A stretch of 64,000 bases of DNA from a virus (taxonomy: Duplodnaviria > Caudoviricetes). The notes under the pieces are model-generated. The model was given only the letters and a program-made list of their open reading frames with translations, had not been told where the DNA came from and ran no database searches. Positions 1 to 6,586 of the stretch are shown piece by piece. The translations under genes and the position numbers were made by a program. Position 1 is the stretch's first letter. The number at the start of each line of letters is the position of its first letter. The stretch spans positions 1-64,000 of the IMG/VR virus record IMGVR_UViG_3300032216_001431; one strand, written 5' to 3'.

Positions 1-128
1 AATTGTTTTTCTAATTCATATCGATCGTCTTCTAGTTCATAGATTTTGCGAAGTACATAGTCGCGTTCGCTTGATAGAAAGAAATCGGAATATCCCGGCA
101 CTGCTGCAATACTTTTAATGAAAGACAT
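1..128 (-). CDS. small hypothetical early protein (partial, runs off window; MSFIKSIAAVPGYSDFF...)
   Basis: Hand-read ATG at 128, open to position 1, directly after the stop of the upstream minus-strand gene; not in ORF track. Confidence 0.55.
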   Translation of the reverse strand, partial: MSFIKSIAAVPGYSDFFLSSERDYVLRKIYELEDDRYELEKQ

Positions 129-129
129 T

Positions 130-273
130 TTATTCTCCTTCTCCTTCTGCATCCCACAGTAGTTTAACAAGGTCAACGACCCACTTTGGCCCCATACCGT
201 CATGGTCAAGGCACGAATCAAGCGCAACCAGCATTTCCTCCAGTTGGCGGGTAGTCAGGGTGAGCGTATGCAT
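130..273 (-). CDS. small hypothetical early protein (MHTLTLTT...)
   Basis: ORF track 130..324; start moved to ATG 273, which has a GAGAGGA SD and lies downstream of the promoter motif at 302-323. Confidence 0.7.
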   Translation of the reverse strand: MHTLTLTTRQLEEMLVALDSCLDHDGMGPKWVVDLVKLLWDAEGEGE

Positions 274-301
274 TTCACTATCCTCTCTAGTAGATAAGTC
301 T

Positions 302-323
302 ACGATAGCAGGGGGGTCTGACA
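302..323 (-). promoter_or_regulatory. early promoter motif TGTCAG-N10-TATCGT
   Basis: One of six copies upstream of minus-strand early genes. Confidence 0.7.
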
Positions 324-324
324 A

Positions 325-411
325 CGTAACCCGTAAACCGTAAGAGTTGACAAGATTTTCTACGCGGGGAAGATCTTAGCCGCTTGGCCCCGAAGGGCCA
401 AGGGTTTCCTA
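325..411. repeat. inter-cassette repeat unit 1 (CGTAA repeats, TTGACA..ACGCG..AAGATCTTAGCCG, hairpin CTTGGCCC-CGAA-GGGCCAAG)
   Basis: Near-identical to 735-820 and partly to 1082-1169. Confidence 0.8.
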
Positions 412-651
412 GAAGTCAACCCATTCGCGGGTTTCTTCATACTGATCCATGTATTCATACGGATCGGAATAGTTGAATTCCAGCCACTCCTGACGGTCTG
501 CATAGCAGGGGCTGCAAAGGCCATCGAATTCTGCCATCGCTGCCTCGCAGTTGCACAGGCCCATATCGCCTGCGGGGATGAACATGTCATCTACGATGAC
601 GCCGAACTCTGAGGCGAGGTCGAACAGGTCGGGGGCGGTGTGGTGATTCAT
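409..651 (-). CDS. small acidic Cys-motif hypothetical protein
   Basis: ORF track; GGAGGA SD; CNC...CSPC motif. Confidence 0.75.
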   Translation of the reverse strand: MNHHTAPDLFDLASEFGVIVDDMFIPAGDMGLCNCEAAMAEFDGLCSPCYADRQEWLEFNYSDPYEYMDQYEETREWVDF

Positions 652-678
652 GGTTCCTCCTGATTGGTTGGTAGTCCA

Positions 679-700
679 AGACTAGCAGTAGGCACTGACA
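679..700 (-). promoter_or_regulatory. early promoter motif TGTCAG-N10-TAGTCT (TTTACA -35 at 702-707)
   Basis: Motif copy 2. Confidence 0.7.
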
Positions 701-734
701 GTGTAAATACTTTGACGCAACATTTCTGGTGTGA

Positions 735-820
735 CGTAGACCATACCGTAAACACTTGACAAAGATCTTGACGCGGTTAAGATCTTAGCCGCTTGGCCCC
801 GAAGGGTCAAGCGTTTGCTA
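735..820. repeat. inter-cassette repeat unit 2 with hairpin CGCTTGGCCC-CGAA-GGGTCAAGCG (790-813)
   Basis: AAGATCTTAGCCGCTTGGCCCCGAAGGG shared exactly with unit 1. Confidence 0.8.
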
Positions 821-1015
821 GAAATCCTCAAAGTCGATTACGTCACACATGGCAGCGTGCAGGACAAGGGCTGCGCTGGCTGAGGAAAAGGTGGAGCGCA
901 GTTCCTCTACGCGCTGCATGGGCGGGATGTTGCCGTCAATGACGGACTCCCACTCGTTGCCGTTACGGGTAGCGGTCACAAGGTGACCGGCGACGCGGGT
1001 GGTGATCGTTGGCAT
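818..1015 (-). CDS. small hypothetical early protein (MPTITTRV...)
   Basis: ORF track 818..1054; start moved to ATG 1015 (GAAGGGG SD, downstream of promoter motif). Confidence 0.7.
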   Translation of the reverse strand: MPTITTRVAGHLVTATRNGNEWESVIDGNIPPMQRVEELRSTFSSASAALVLHAAMCDVIDFEDF

Positions 1016-1044
1016 GAGATGCCCCTTCTGTAGTAGGTAAGAAC

Positions 1045-1066
1045 ACCATAACACACACGTCTGACA
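1045..1066 (-). promoter_or_regulatory. early promoter motif TGTCAG-N10-TATGGT (TTGACG -35 at 1069-1074)
   Basis: Motif copy 3. Confidence 0.7.
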
Positions 1067-1081
1067 GTCGTCAACCTTGAA

Positions 1082-1169
1082 CGTAACGTAAACGTAAGAC
1101 GTAAAGACTTGACAATTTTTTCACGCGCCCAAGAGCATTATGACCGCCAGAAACCTCAAGGTTTCCTCA
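1082..1169. repeat. inter-cassette repeat unit 3 (4x CGTAA, CTTGACAA..ACGCG..AAGA, CCTCAAGG direct repeat)
   Basis: Degenerate copy of units 1 and 2. Confidence 0.65.
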
Positions 1170-1256
1170 AGGCCAAGGGTTGAATGATAGGAAACCTATT
1201 AGCATGATAAATGCTAATGCGGCTAATACATTGTTTCCTCTATTTGTTAATTTCAT
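1167..1256 (-). CDS. 29-aa single-pass membrane peptide (MKLTNRGNNVLAALAFIMLIGFLSFNPWP)
   Basis: Hand-translated; ATGA overlap with upstream gene; GAGG SD; hydrophobic core. Confidence 0.6.
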   Translation of the reverse strand: MKLTNRGNNVLAALAFIMLIGFLSFNPWP

Positions 1257-1402
1257 ACCATTACCTCTCTAGTGGGATATACCTCATCGGTGAAACTATT
1301 TACTTCAAGGCCGGTATGAATTGTCAATTCATAGTTATCAATAGTGACATAAGCATGAGGGAATAGATCCCCTACTAGTTTAGTGAATTCATCATAGGTC
1401 AT
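1253..1402 (-). CDS. 49-aa hypothetical protein (MTYDEFTKLVGDLFPHAY...)
   Basis: Hand-translated; GGAGG SD in the end of the previous gene; fills the gap in the operon. Confidence 0.65.
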   Translation of the reverse strand: MTYDEFTKLVGDLFPHAYVTIDNYELTIHTGLEVNSFTDEVYPTREVMV

Positions 1403-1404
1403 GA

Positions 1405-1635
1405 TTATACCTCCGCTTTGTTTGCAGCAATTGCTTTGTTTAGGATTCTTACTAATTCTTCGGCATCGTCCATTGTTAGGACCATACCGGCAGACTTTGT
1501 GTATTCGCCTAGATTCTTATCTTTAGGCCATTTGGCAAAAATATGAATAGCGATATCGGTAGATAGTGGGACGTGGTTTAGATAAACCTCGCCATTTGAA
1601 TTACGGACTAAGCCGGGTGCGAATTGCATTTGCAT
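1405..1635 (-). CDS. hypothetical early protein (MQMQFAPG...)
   Basis: ORF track 1405..1677; start moved to ATG 1635 after GAAGGA. Confidence 0.7.
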   Translation of the reverse strand: MQMQFAPGLVRNSNGEVYLNHVPLSTDIAIHIFAKWPKDKNLGEYTKSAGMVLTMDDAEELVRILNKAIAANKAEV

Positions 1636-1636
1636 T

Positions 1637-1792
1637 TTATTTTCCTTCCCAAAGACGGTTAACGACATATCCCCCACGAATCTCGCAAGGGATGCAGGCT
1701 ACAAAGTTCCAGCCCTCATACGGATCGCCGCAGACGTGGCAGGTGCGCTGGCGCTTGCCCTGTTCGGGGCGGTGGGTGAGAGTGATGATCAT
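1637..1792 (-). CDS. small Zn-ribbon-like protein (CHVC...CIPC)
   Basis: ORF track 1637..1912; start moved to ATG 1792 downstream of promoter motif. Confidence 0.65.
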   Translation of the reverse strand: MIITLTHRPEQGKRQRTCHVCGDPYEGWNFVACIPCEIRGGYVVNRLWEGK

Positions 1793-1826
1793 GACTAGCC
1801 TTTCGTTGTCGTTTGCTTGTGTAGTT

Positions 1827-1849
1827 AGTATACCGGAGGGGGTCTGACA
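1827..1849 (-). promoter_or_regulatory. early promoter motif TGTCAG-N11-TATACT
   Basis: Motif copy 4; leader AACTACACAAGCAAAC nearly identical to that of copy 5. Confidence 0.7.
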
Positions 1850-1850
1850 G

Positions 1851-2045
1851 TCAGTAGAAATAGGGGTAGATCCGCACCCGTTCGGGGTATTCATAGAATG
1901 TCTGGTGACCATCTAGGAAACCTACAAGGATACCTGTACCTAGACGGGGCTGGATCGAAACGATCTCTCCACCGTGATAGCAGACAGTGCCTACGCGGAG
2001 GCTACGCGCAGCGACGCGCTGAGTCTTGTACTTGATAGAGGACAT
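1851..2045 (-). CDS. small beta-rich (SH3-like?) hypothetical protein (MSSIKYK...)
   Basis: ORF track 1851..2087; start moved to ATG 2045 (GGGGAG SD). Confidence 0.65.
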   Translation of the reverse strand: MSSIKYKTQRVAARSLRVGTVCYHGGEIVSIQPRLGTGILVGFLDGHQTFYEYPERVRIYPYFY

Positions 2046-2046
2046 G

Positions 2047-2187
2047 TCACTCCCCCATGCTATCGGCAGCATAGACACACTCGCCACACATAGCAGCGTC
2101 GATGGAGGCTAGGTACTCGCCATCCCAATCGGCGGCAGAGAATGAGCGATCACAACAATCGCATGAGATTTGGCTTAAAACGGACAT
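2047..2187 (-). CDS. 46-aa Zn-ribbon-like protein (MSVLSQISCDCCD...CGEC...)
   Basis: Hand-translated; CxxC..CxxC; lies downstream of promoter motif 2231-2252. Confidence 0.65.
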   Translation of the reverse strand: MSVLSQISCDCCDRSFSAADWDGEYLASIDAAMCGECVYAADSMGE

Positions 2188-2230
2188 TTCAGACTCTCTT
2201 TCTTTTCTTTCCTTGTTTGCTTATGTAGTT

Positions 2231-2252
2231 AGTCTAGCGTATGGGTCTGACA
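2231..2252 (-). promoter_or_regulatory. early promoter motif TGTCAG-N10-TAGACT
   Basis: Motif copy 5. Confidence 0.7.
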
Positions 2253-2291
2253 TTACAAGGGGAAAAGCGCACCATTTTCCTCAAGGTTTGC

Positions 2292-2408
2292 TCAAGCCTG
2301 ATGCTTGCCCTTGATAGGGTCGCATAGGTCACATCCCCATGCATAGGCGGCACAGTTGCAGGTGTCGGGACCAAGCAAGCGATCCATGAGGCGGGAAAGG
2401 AAAGACAT
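2292..2408 (-). CDS. 38-aa Cys-rich protein (MSFLSRL...CNC..CDLC)
   Basis: ORF track 2292..2480; start moved to ATG 2408 (AGGAG SD). Confidence 0.6.
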   Translation of the reverse strand: MSFLSRLMDRLLGPDTCNCAAYAWGCDLCDPIKGKHQA

Positions 2409-2433
2409 GATAACTCCTATTGTTTGATTAACT

Positions 2434-2455
2434 ACAATAAGAATATCGGCAGACA
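2434..2455 (-). promoter_or_regulatory. variant early promoter TGTCTG-N10-TATTGT
   Basis: Motif copy 6, one mismatch. Confidence 0.5.
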
Positions 2456-2595
2456 TAGCACACAACTTAACGCATGTCACCCGTATGGGCGCACTAATTT
2501 TTATTTTCTTACGCGGTTAAGAAGTGTATCGTACAAATAAAAAATTTATTAACATTTTTTGAAAATGAAATGTAACATTTGTGTAACAAAGGGGA

Positions 2596-2805
2596 TTATG
2601 ATAGTGGGTTGTCTATTTCTATTGTCCAAGGTAGGGCGGGAAAGGGTATTGCTGTTGATTTATATGTTCCGTTATCTATTTCGTCTATGATGAGGAATAG
2701 GTCGTCTTCGCCTCTTGGTTCTATGTATGCTCTCATAATGTTGTTATGTAACTGTAATCTTTTCTTTGTTGTGTGTAGGTTACTTCCATATGGCAGTTGA
2801 AGCAT
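2596..2805 (-). CDS. hypothetical protein (true start probably MRAYIEP near 2736)
   Basis: ORF track; overlaps the stop of the HNH gene. Confidence 0.5.
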   Translation of the reverse strand: MLQLPYGSNLHTTKKRLQLHNNIMRAYIEPRGEDDLFLIIDEIDNGTYKSTAIPFPALPWTIEIDNPLS

Positions 2806-3032
2806 AGGATTCTACATTTTTCTATTTCTTTCAAGATGGTGGGCAGGGAGTATCGGTTTCCTTTGATCATATCTGATATGTGTACGAGTTTTCCATTTTT
2901 TGTTCGATATTTTGTACTTGGGTCTAGGTGATCGAAGGTGAGTGCGGCGGGATGTGTTGCATATCCACATATGCTACATCCATTACTCATTTTTAAGTAA
3001 TCTGTGTATTGTCTATGTCTCATACCTATCAT
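2733..3032 (-). CDS. HNH endonuclease
   Basis: CSICG...FDHLDP...CRILCFNCH motif. Confidence 0.85.
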   Translation of the reverse strand: MIGMRHRQYTDYLKMSNGCSICGYATHPAALTFDHLDPSTKYRTKNGKLVHISDMIKGNRYSLPTILKEIEKCRILCFNCHMEVTYTQQRKDYSYITTL

Positions 3033-3250
3033 TACTTTTGTTGCTCATCGTCTAAGCGTAGGCTTGGGTCTGGTCCTAGAGTGTATCCTTGTGTGTGTAA
3101 ATCTGTCAATTCTGTTATGTTCGCACCAAGTTTGTCTGCTATGACACAGAGTACATCATATATTCTTAATGATTGTATGTACATGCCGCCCAAGATTTCT
3201 AACATGGCAGCATTCGTATCAGTTGGGATAGTATAATCATATTCGGACAT
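3032..3250 (-). CDS. hypothetical protein
   Basis: ORF track; translationally coupled to neighbours. Confidence 0.7.
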   Translation of the reverse strand: MSEYDYTIPTDTNAAMLEILGGMYIQSLRIYDVLCVIADKLGANITELTDLHTQGYTLGPDPSLRLDDEQQK

Positions 3251-3251
3251 G

Positions 3252-3494
3252 CTAAAACCTCTTATTTTCCAACAAAAAATCGATGTGTTGTTTAACTTCC
3301 GCGCTCATTTTTTCATATAACTTTAAACCGGGAGTGATTGTGTAATCACAATACGGACAACGTAACCTCATTTTATCTTTCTCATAGTCATAAGACGGGC
3401 GAAGGAGGTCATGGTCTTTATCTACACATAAAACACCCTTGACAACATTGTCCCTCGCTAGAATATAATGATTAAAGAATATATAATTTTCCAT
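3252..3494 (-). CDS. Zn-binding hypothetical protein (C...H...CPYC)
   Basis: ORF track. Confidence 0.7.
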   Translation of the reverse strand: MENYIFFNHYILARDNVVKGVLCVDKDHDLLRPSYDYEKDKMRLRCPYCDYTITPGLKLYEKMSAEVKQHIDFLLENKRF

Positions 3495-3546
3495 ATAGTA
3501 TAATTCTTTCTATAGATAATTTCTATATATATAAAGAAAGTGTAGC

Positions 3547-4581
3547 ATGAAGATACTTTTATCCGGCGGTTTTTGCCACATGGAACTTGATAATGGTTGG
3601 GGCAAAGCGGCTAGGGGAATGTATTATGAACTTAAGAAAACGGGTTTTGATATTCAACTTGTTTCACGATTCGGTGAATATTTTCAAGATTACGATGAAG
3701 ACATAGATATAGAAATTTCATACAAATACCCAAAACATTTTAAATTTTTTAGTGAAACTAGTTATAAGATTGCGATAACTCCTTGGGATTCTTCTGATGT
3801 ACCACAAATTATAAAACAGGAGTTTGCTCAAGCAGATGAGATTTGGGGTTCCTCCTTTTGGACTTCTAGCATTTATGAAAAAAATAATGTTCATAAAAAT
3901 ATTTTTACTTATCGTCACGGCTTAAGTGATTATTACACTCCAAAGAAACATGTTCATAATAATGGCAAACCGTTCACATTTTTGCATATCGGTGAACCTT
4001 CTGCACGAAAAGGAGGTAAATTGGTTGTTGATTGTTTCATTGAATTGTTTGGTAATGATCCCAATTATGAGTTAATTTTGAAATGTTATCAGAATTCAGA
4101 GATTATGGTGTCTGATCCTGATTTTGGTGTGATCTCAGGCCCACCGTATGATTTTTATCAAAACATTAAATATGTTCCTGATGCGGTATCGCTAGAAGAA
4201 TTGATACTTTTTTTCAATCTTGCTGATGTTTTTGTTTATCCAAGTTATGGTGAAGGCTTTGGTTACACCCCATTAGAAGCAATTTGTTTAGGTGTTCCAA
4301 CCATATGTGTCCCTGATTGGGCTGATTATGCAAAATACATAACAGTACCTCTTAAATCTAACCTTGAAGATTCTCCTGATTGGTTCCATCCCGGCAAAGT
4401 ATTCATGCCAGATAAGAACCACTTGAAAGAATTGATGCTTAAAGCAAGAGATGAACATGAAAAATGGGCAGATGTTGCTTTTAAAAACGCTTCCTTGGCC
4501 TATGAAGAATTCAAATGGGAAACTACGACAAAGCCTGCTGTAGAAAGATTAAAAAATATTCAAATTTCTAGAAATTTATAA
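3547..4581 (+). CDS. glycosyltransferase, GT-B fold (GT4 / Glycos_transf_1)
   Basis: RKG motif and ADVFVYPSYGEGFGYTPLEA (E-x7-E) signature. Confidence 0.9.
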   Translation: MKILLSGGFCHMELDNGWGKAARGMYYELKKTGFDIQLVSRFGEYFQDYDEDIDIEISYKYPKHFKFFSETSYKIAITPWDSSDVPQIIKQEFAQADEIWGSSFWTSSIYEKNNVHKNIFTYRHGLSDYYTPKKHVHNNGKPFTFLHIGEPSARKGGKLVVDCFIELFGNDPNYELILKCYQNSEIMVSDPDFGVISGPPYDFYQNIKYVPDAVSLEELILFFNLADVFVYPSYGEGFGYTPLEAICLGVPTICVPDWADYAKYITVPLKSNLEDSPDWFHPGKVFMPDKNHLKELMLKARDEHEKWADVAFKNASLAYEEFKWETTTKPAVERLKNIQISRNL

Positions 4582-4623
4582 TTTGCTATGTTACGATAGA
4601 AACCTAAGATTAAAAACGAAAGA

Positions 4624-6555
4624 GTGAGCAGGATGATTGAAAATCCTTATGAGAATTTTATTGCAATAAGTCGATACGCTAGGTGGATAGAAGAACTGAA
4701 CCGTCGTGAAACATGGGAAGAAACTGTAGATAGATACTTTACATTTATGTTAGATCATTTAAAGACTTTCAACTATTACCCCGACCCCAAACTTGTAGAA
4801 GAATTAAAGCAAAGCGTATCAGATCGTAATGTTATGCCATCTATGCGTGCTGTTATGACTGCTGGTCCCGCATTGGACCGCGACAACGTAGCAGGATACA
4901 ACTGTTCATTTCTCCCAGTAGACTCATTACGTTCCTTTGATGAAGCCATGTACATCCTCATGTGTGGTACAGGCGTTGGTTTTTCTGTAGAAAATGCACA
5001 CATCAATAAACTTCCAATCATCAACGAGCATTTTGAGAAGTCCAGCACAGTCATTCATGTAGATGATTCTAAGGCTGGTTGGGCCAAGGCTCTACGCGAA
5101 CTTCTCGCTATGCTTTGGGTTGGGCAAATCCCATCGTGGGACGTATCTCAAGTACGCCCAGCAGGAGCAAGACTCAAGACCTTTGGGGGACGTGCATCAG
5201 GACCAGATCCTCTCATCAACCTTTTTGAATTTTGTATCCATACAATTAAGAATGCTGCCGGTCGTAGACTTCGTGCTGTAGAAGCACATGATATTATGTG
5301 TAAGATCGGTGAAGTTGTTGTTGTAGGTGGCGTCCGTCGTAGTGCAATGATTTCCCTTTCAGACCTTACTGATACTGAAATGTCCAAAGCCAAGTTTGGA
5401 TCTTGGTGGGCAACTGAACCTCAACGTGCCCTTTCTAATAATTCTGTTGCATACTCTGGACGACCAACTATGTCAGATTTCATGGAAGAATGGAAGAACC
5501 TTTATGATTCACAGTCTGGTGAAAGAGGAATTTATAATGTAAAGGCTGCTCAGGTACAGGCTGCTAAGTATGGACGCCGTGATGCTGATATTCGATACGG
5601 TACCAATCCTTGCAGTGAAATTATTTTGCGTCCATACCAGTTCTGTAATCTTTCAGAAGTTGTTATTAGAGAACAGGACGACGAGAAAACAGTTGCTAGA
5701 AAGGTAGAACTTGCTACCATCCTTGGCACTTGGCAGTCAACTCTTACTAATTTTAAGTATCTTCGTAAGATTTGGAAGCAGAACACTGAAGAAGAAAGAC
5801 TTCTGGGGGTGTCTCTTACAGGACAGTTTGGTAATGAAATTTTTTCAGGAAAGCAAGGTACTGAAAAATTGTCCAAGATTCTTGATAATTTGAGATTACT
5901 TTCTGTTTCTGTAAATGAAAAAGAAGCAGAGAATCTTCATATTAATCCTGCTGCTGCGATCACTTGTGTTAAACCTTCGGGTACAGTTTCTCAGTTAACA
6001 GGTGTTTCATCTGGTATGCACCCTTGGCATAGCGAGTATTATATTCGTACTGTTCGTGGAGATAAGAAAGATCCTCTTACTAAGTTTCTTTATGATTCAA
6101 GTGTTCCTGCAGAAGATGATGTCATGAAGCCAAATGATACTACTGTATTTTCATTTCCTATTAAGGCTCCAAATGGTGCGGTCCTTCGCAATGATTTAAC
6201 TGCAATTGAACATTTAGAAACTTGGCTAGTATATCAACGTCACTGGTGTGAACATAAGCCATCTATTACAGTTTCCGTTAAGGATCATGAGTGGATGGAA
6301 GTTGGTGCTTGGGTCTGGGATCATTTTGACGAGGTTTCTGGAATCTCATTCTTACCACATTCAGATCATACTTATCGTCAGGCTCCATATCAAGAAATAA
6401 CTAAAGAGCAATATGATAAGGCTGTTAAAGAGATGCCAAAGACTATTCAATGGAATCTTCTTCCGATGTATGAAACGGAAGACGGTACTTCTGGAACACA
6501 GTCCCTTGCCTGTGCTGCTGATGGGGCCTGTGAAGTAGTAGATATCTCAGCCTAA
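4624..6555 (+). CDS. nrdJ: class II (adenosylcobalamin-dependent) ribonucleoside-triphosphate reductase
   Basis: RRETWEETVDR, YNCSF, TNPCSEI, CVKPSGT, C-terminal CAADGAC cysteine pair; no small subunit nearby. Confidence 0.92.
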   Translation: MSRMIENPYENFIAISRYARWIEELNRRETWEETVDRYFTFMLDHLKTFNYYPDPKLVEELKQSVSDRNVMPSMRAVMTAGPALDRDNVAGYNCSFLPVDSLRSFDEAMYILMCGTGVGFSVENAHINKLPIINEHFEKSSTVIHVDDSKAGWAKALRELLAMLWVGQIPSWDVSQVRPAGARLKTFGGRASGPDPLINLFEFCIHTIKNAAGRRLRAVEAHDIMCKIGEVVVVGGVRRSAMISLSDLTDTEMSKAKFGSWWATEPQRALSNNSVAYSGRPTMSDFMEEWKNLYDSQSGERGIYNVKAAQVQAAKYGRRDADIRYGTNPCSEIILRPYQFCNLSEVVIREQDDEKTVARKVELATILGTWQSTLTNFKYLRKIWKQNTEEERLLGVSLTGQFGNEIFSGKQGTEKLSKILDNLRLLSVSVNEKEAENLHINPAAAITCVKPSGTVSQLTGVSSGMHPWHSEYYIRTVRGDKKDPLTKFLYDSSVPAEDDVMKPNDTTVFSFPIKAPNGAVLRNDLTAIEHLETWLVYQRHWCEHKPSITVSVKDHEWMEVGAWVWDHFDEVSGISFLPHSDHTYRQAPYQEITKEQYDKAVKEMPKTIQWNLLPMYETEDGTSGTQSLACAADGACEVVDISA

Positions 6556-6556
6556 A

Positions 6557-6565
6557 TGCTATAAT
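6557..6565 (+). promoter_or_regulatory. extended -10 promoter TGCTATAAT
   Basis: One of a family of TGNTAnnnT sites in intergenic gaps. Confidence 0.6.
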
Positions 6566-6586
6566 TGAAAATAAAAGGCAGGCATT

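Noticed and set aside
302-2455. Early-region repeats as a CRISPR array or true integron attC sites
   Set aside because: The repeats are degenerate and irregularly spaced, and they separate whole genes. There is no RYYYAAC/GTTRRRY pairing and no cas or integrase gene in the window.
1566-3236. Plus-strand ORFs in the early region (1566..1847, 2102..2314, 2579..2800, 3009..3236)
   Set aside because: They are opposite to a tightly packed minus-strand gene set that has SDs and promoters.
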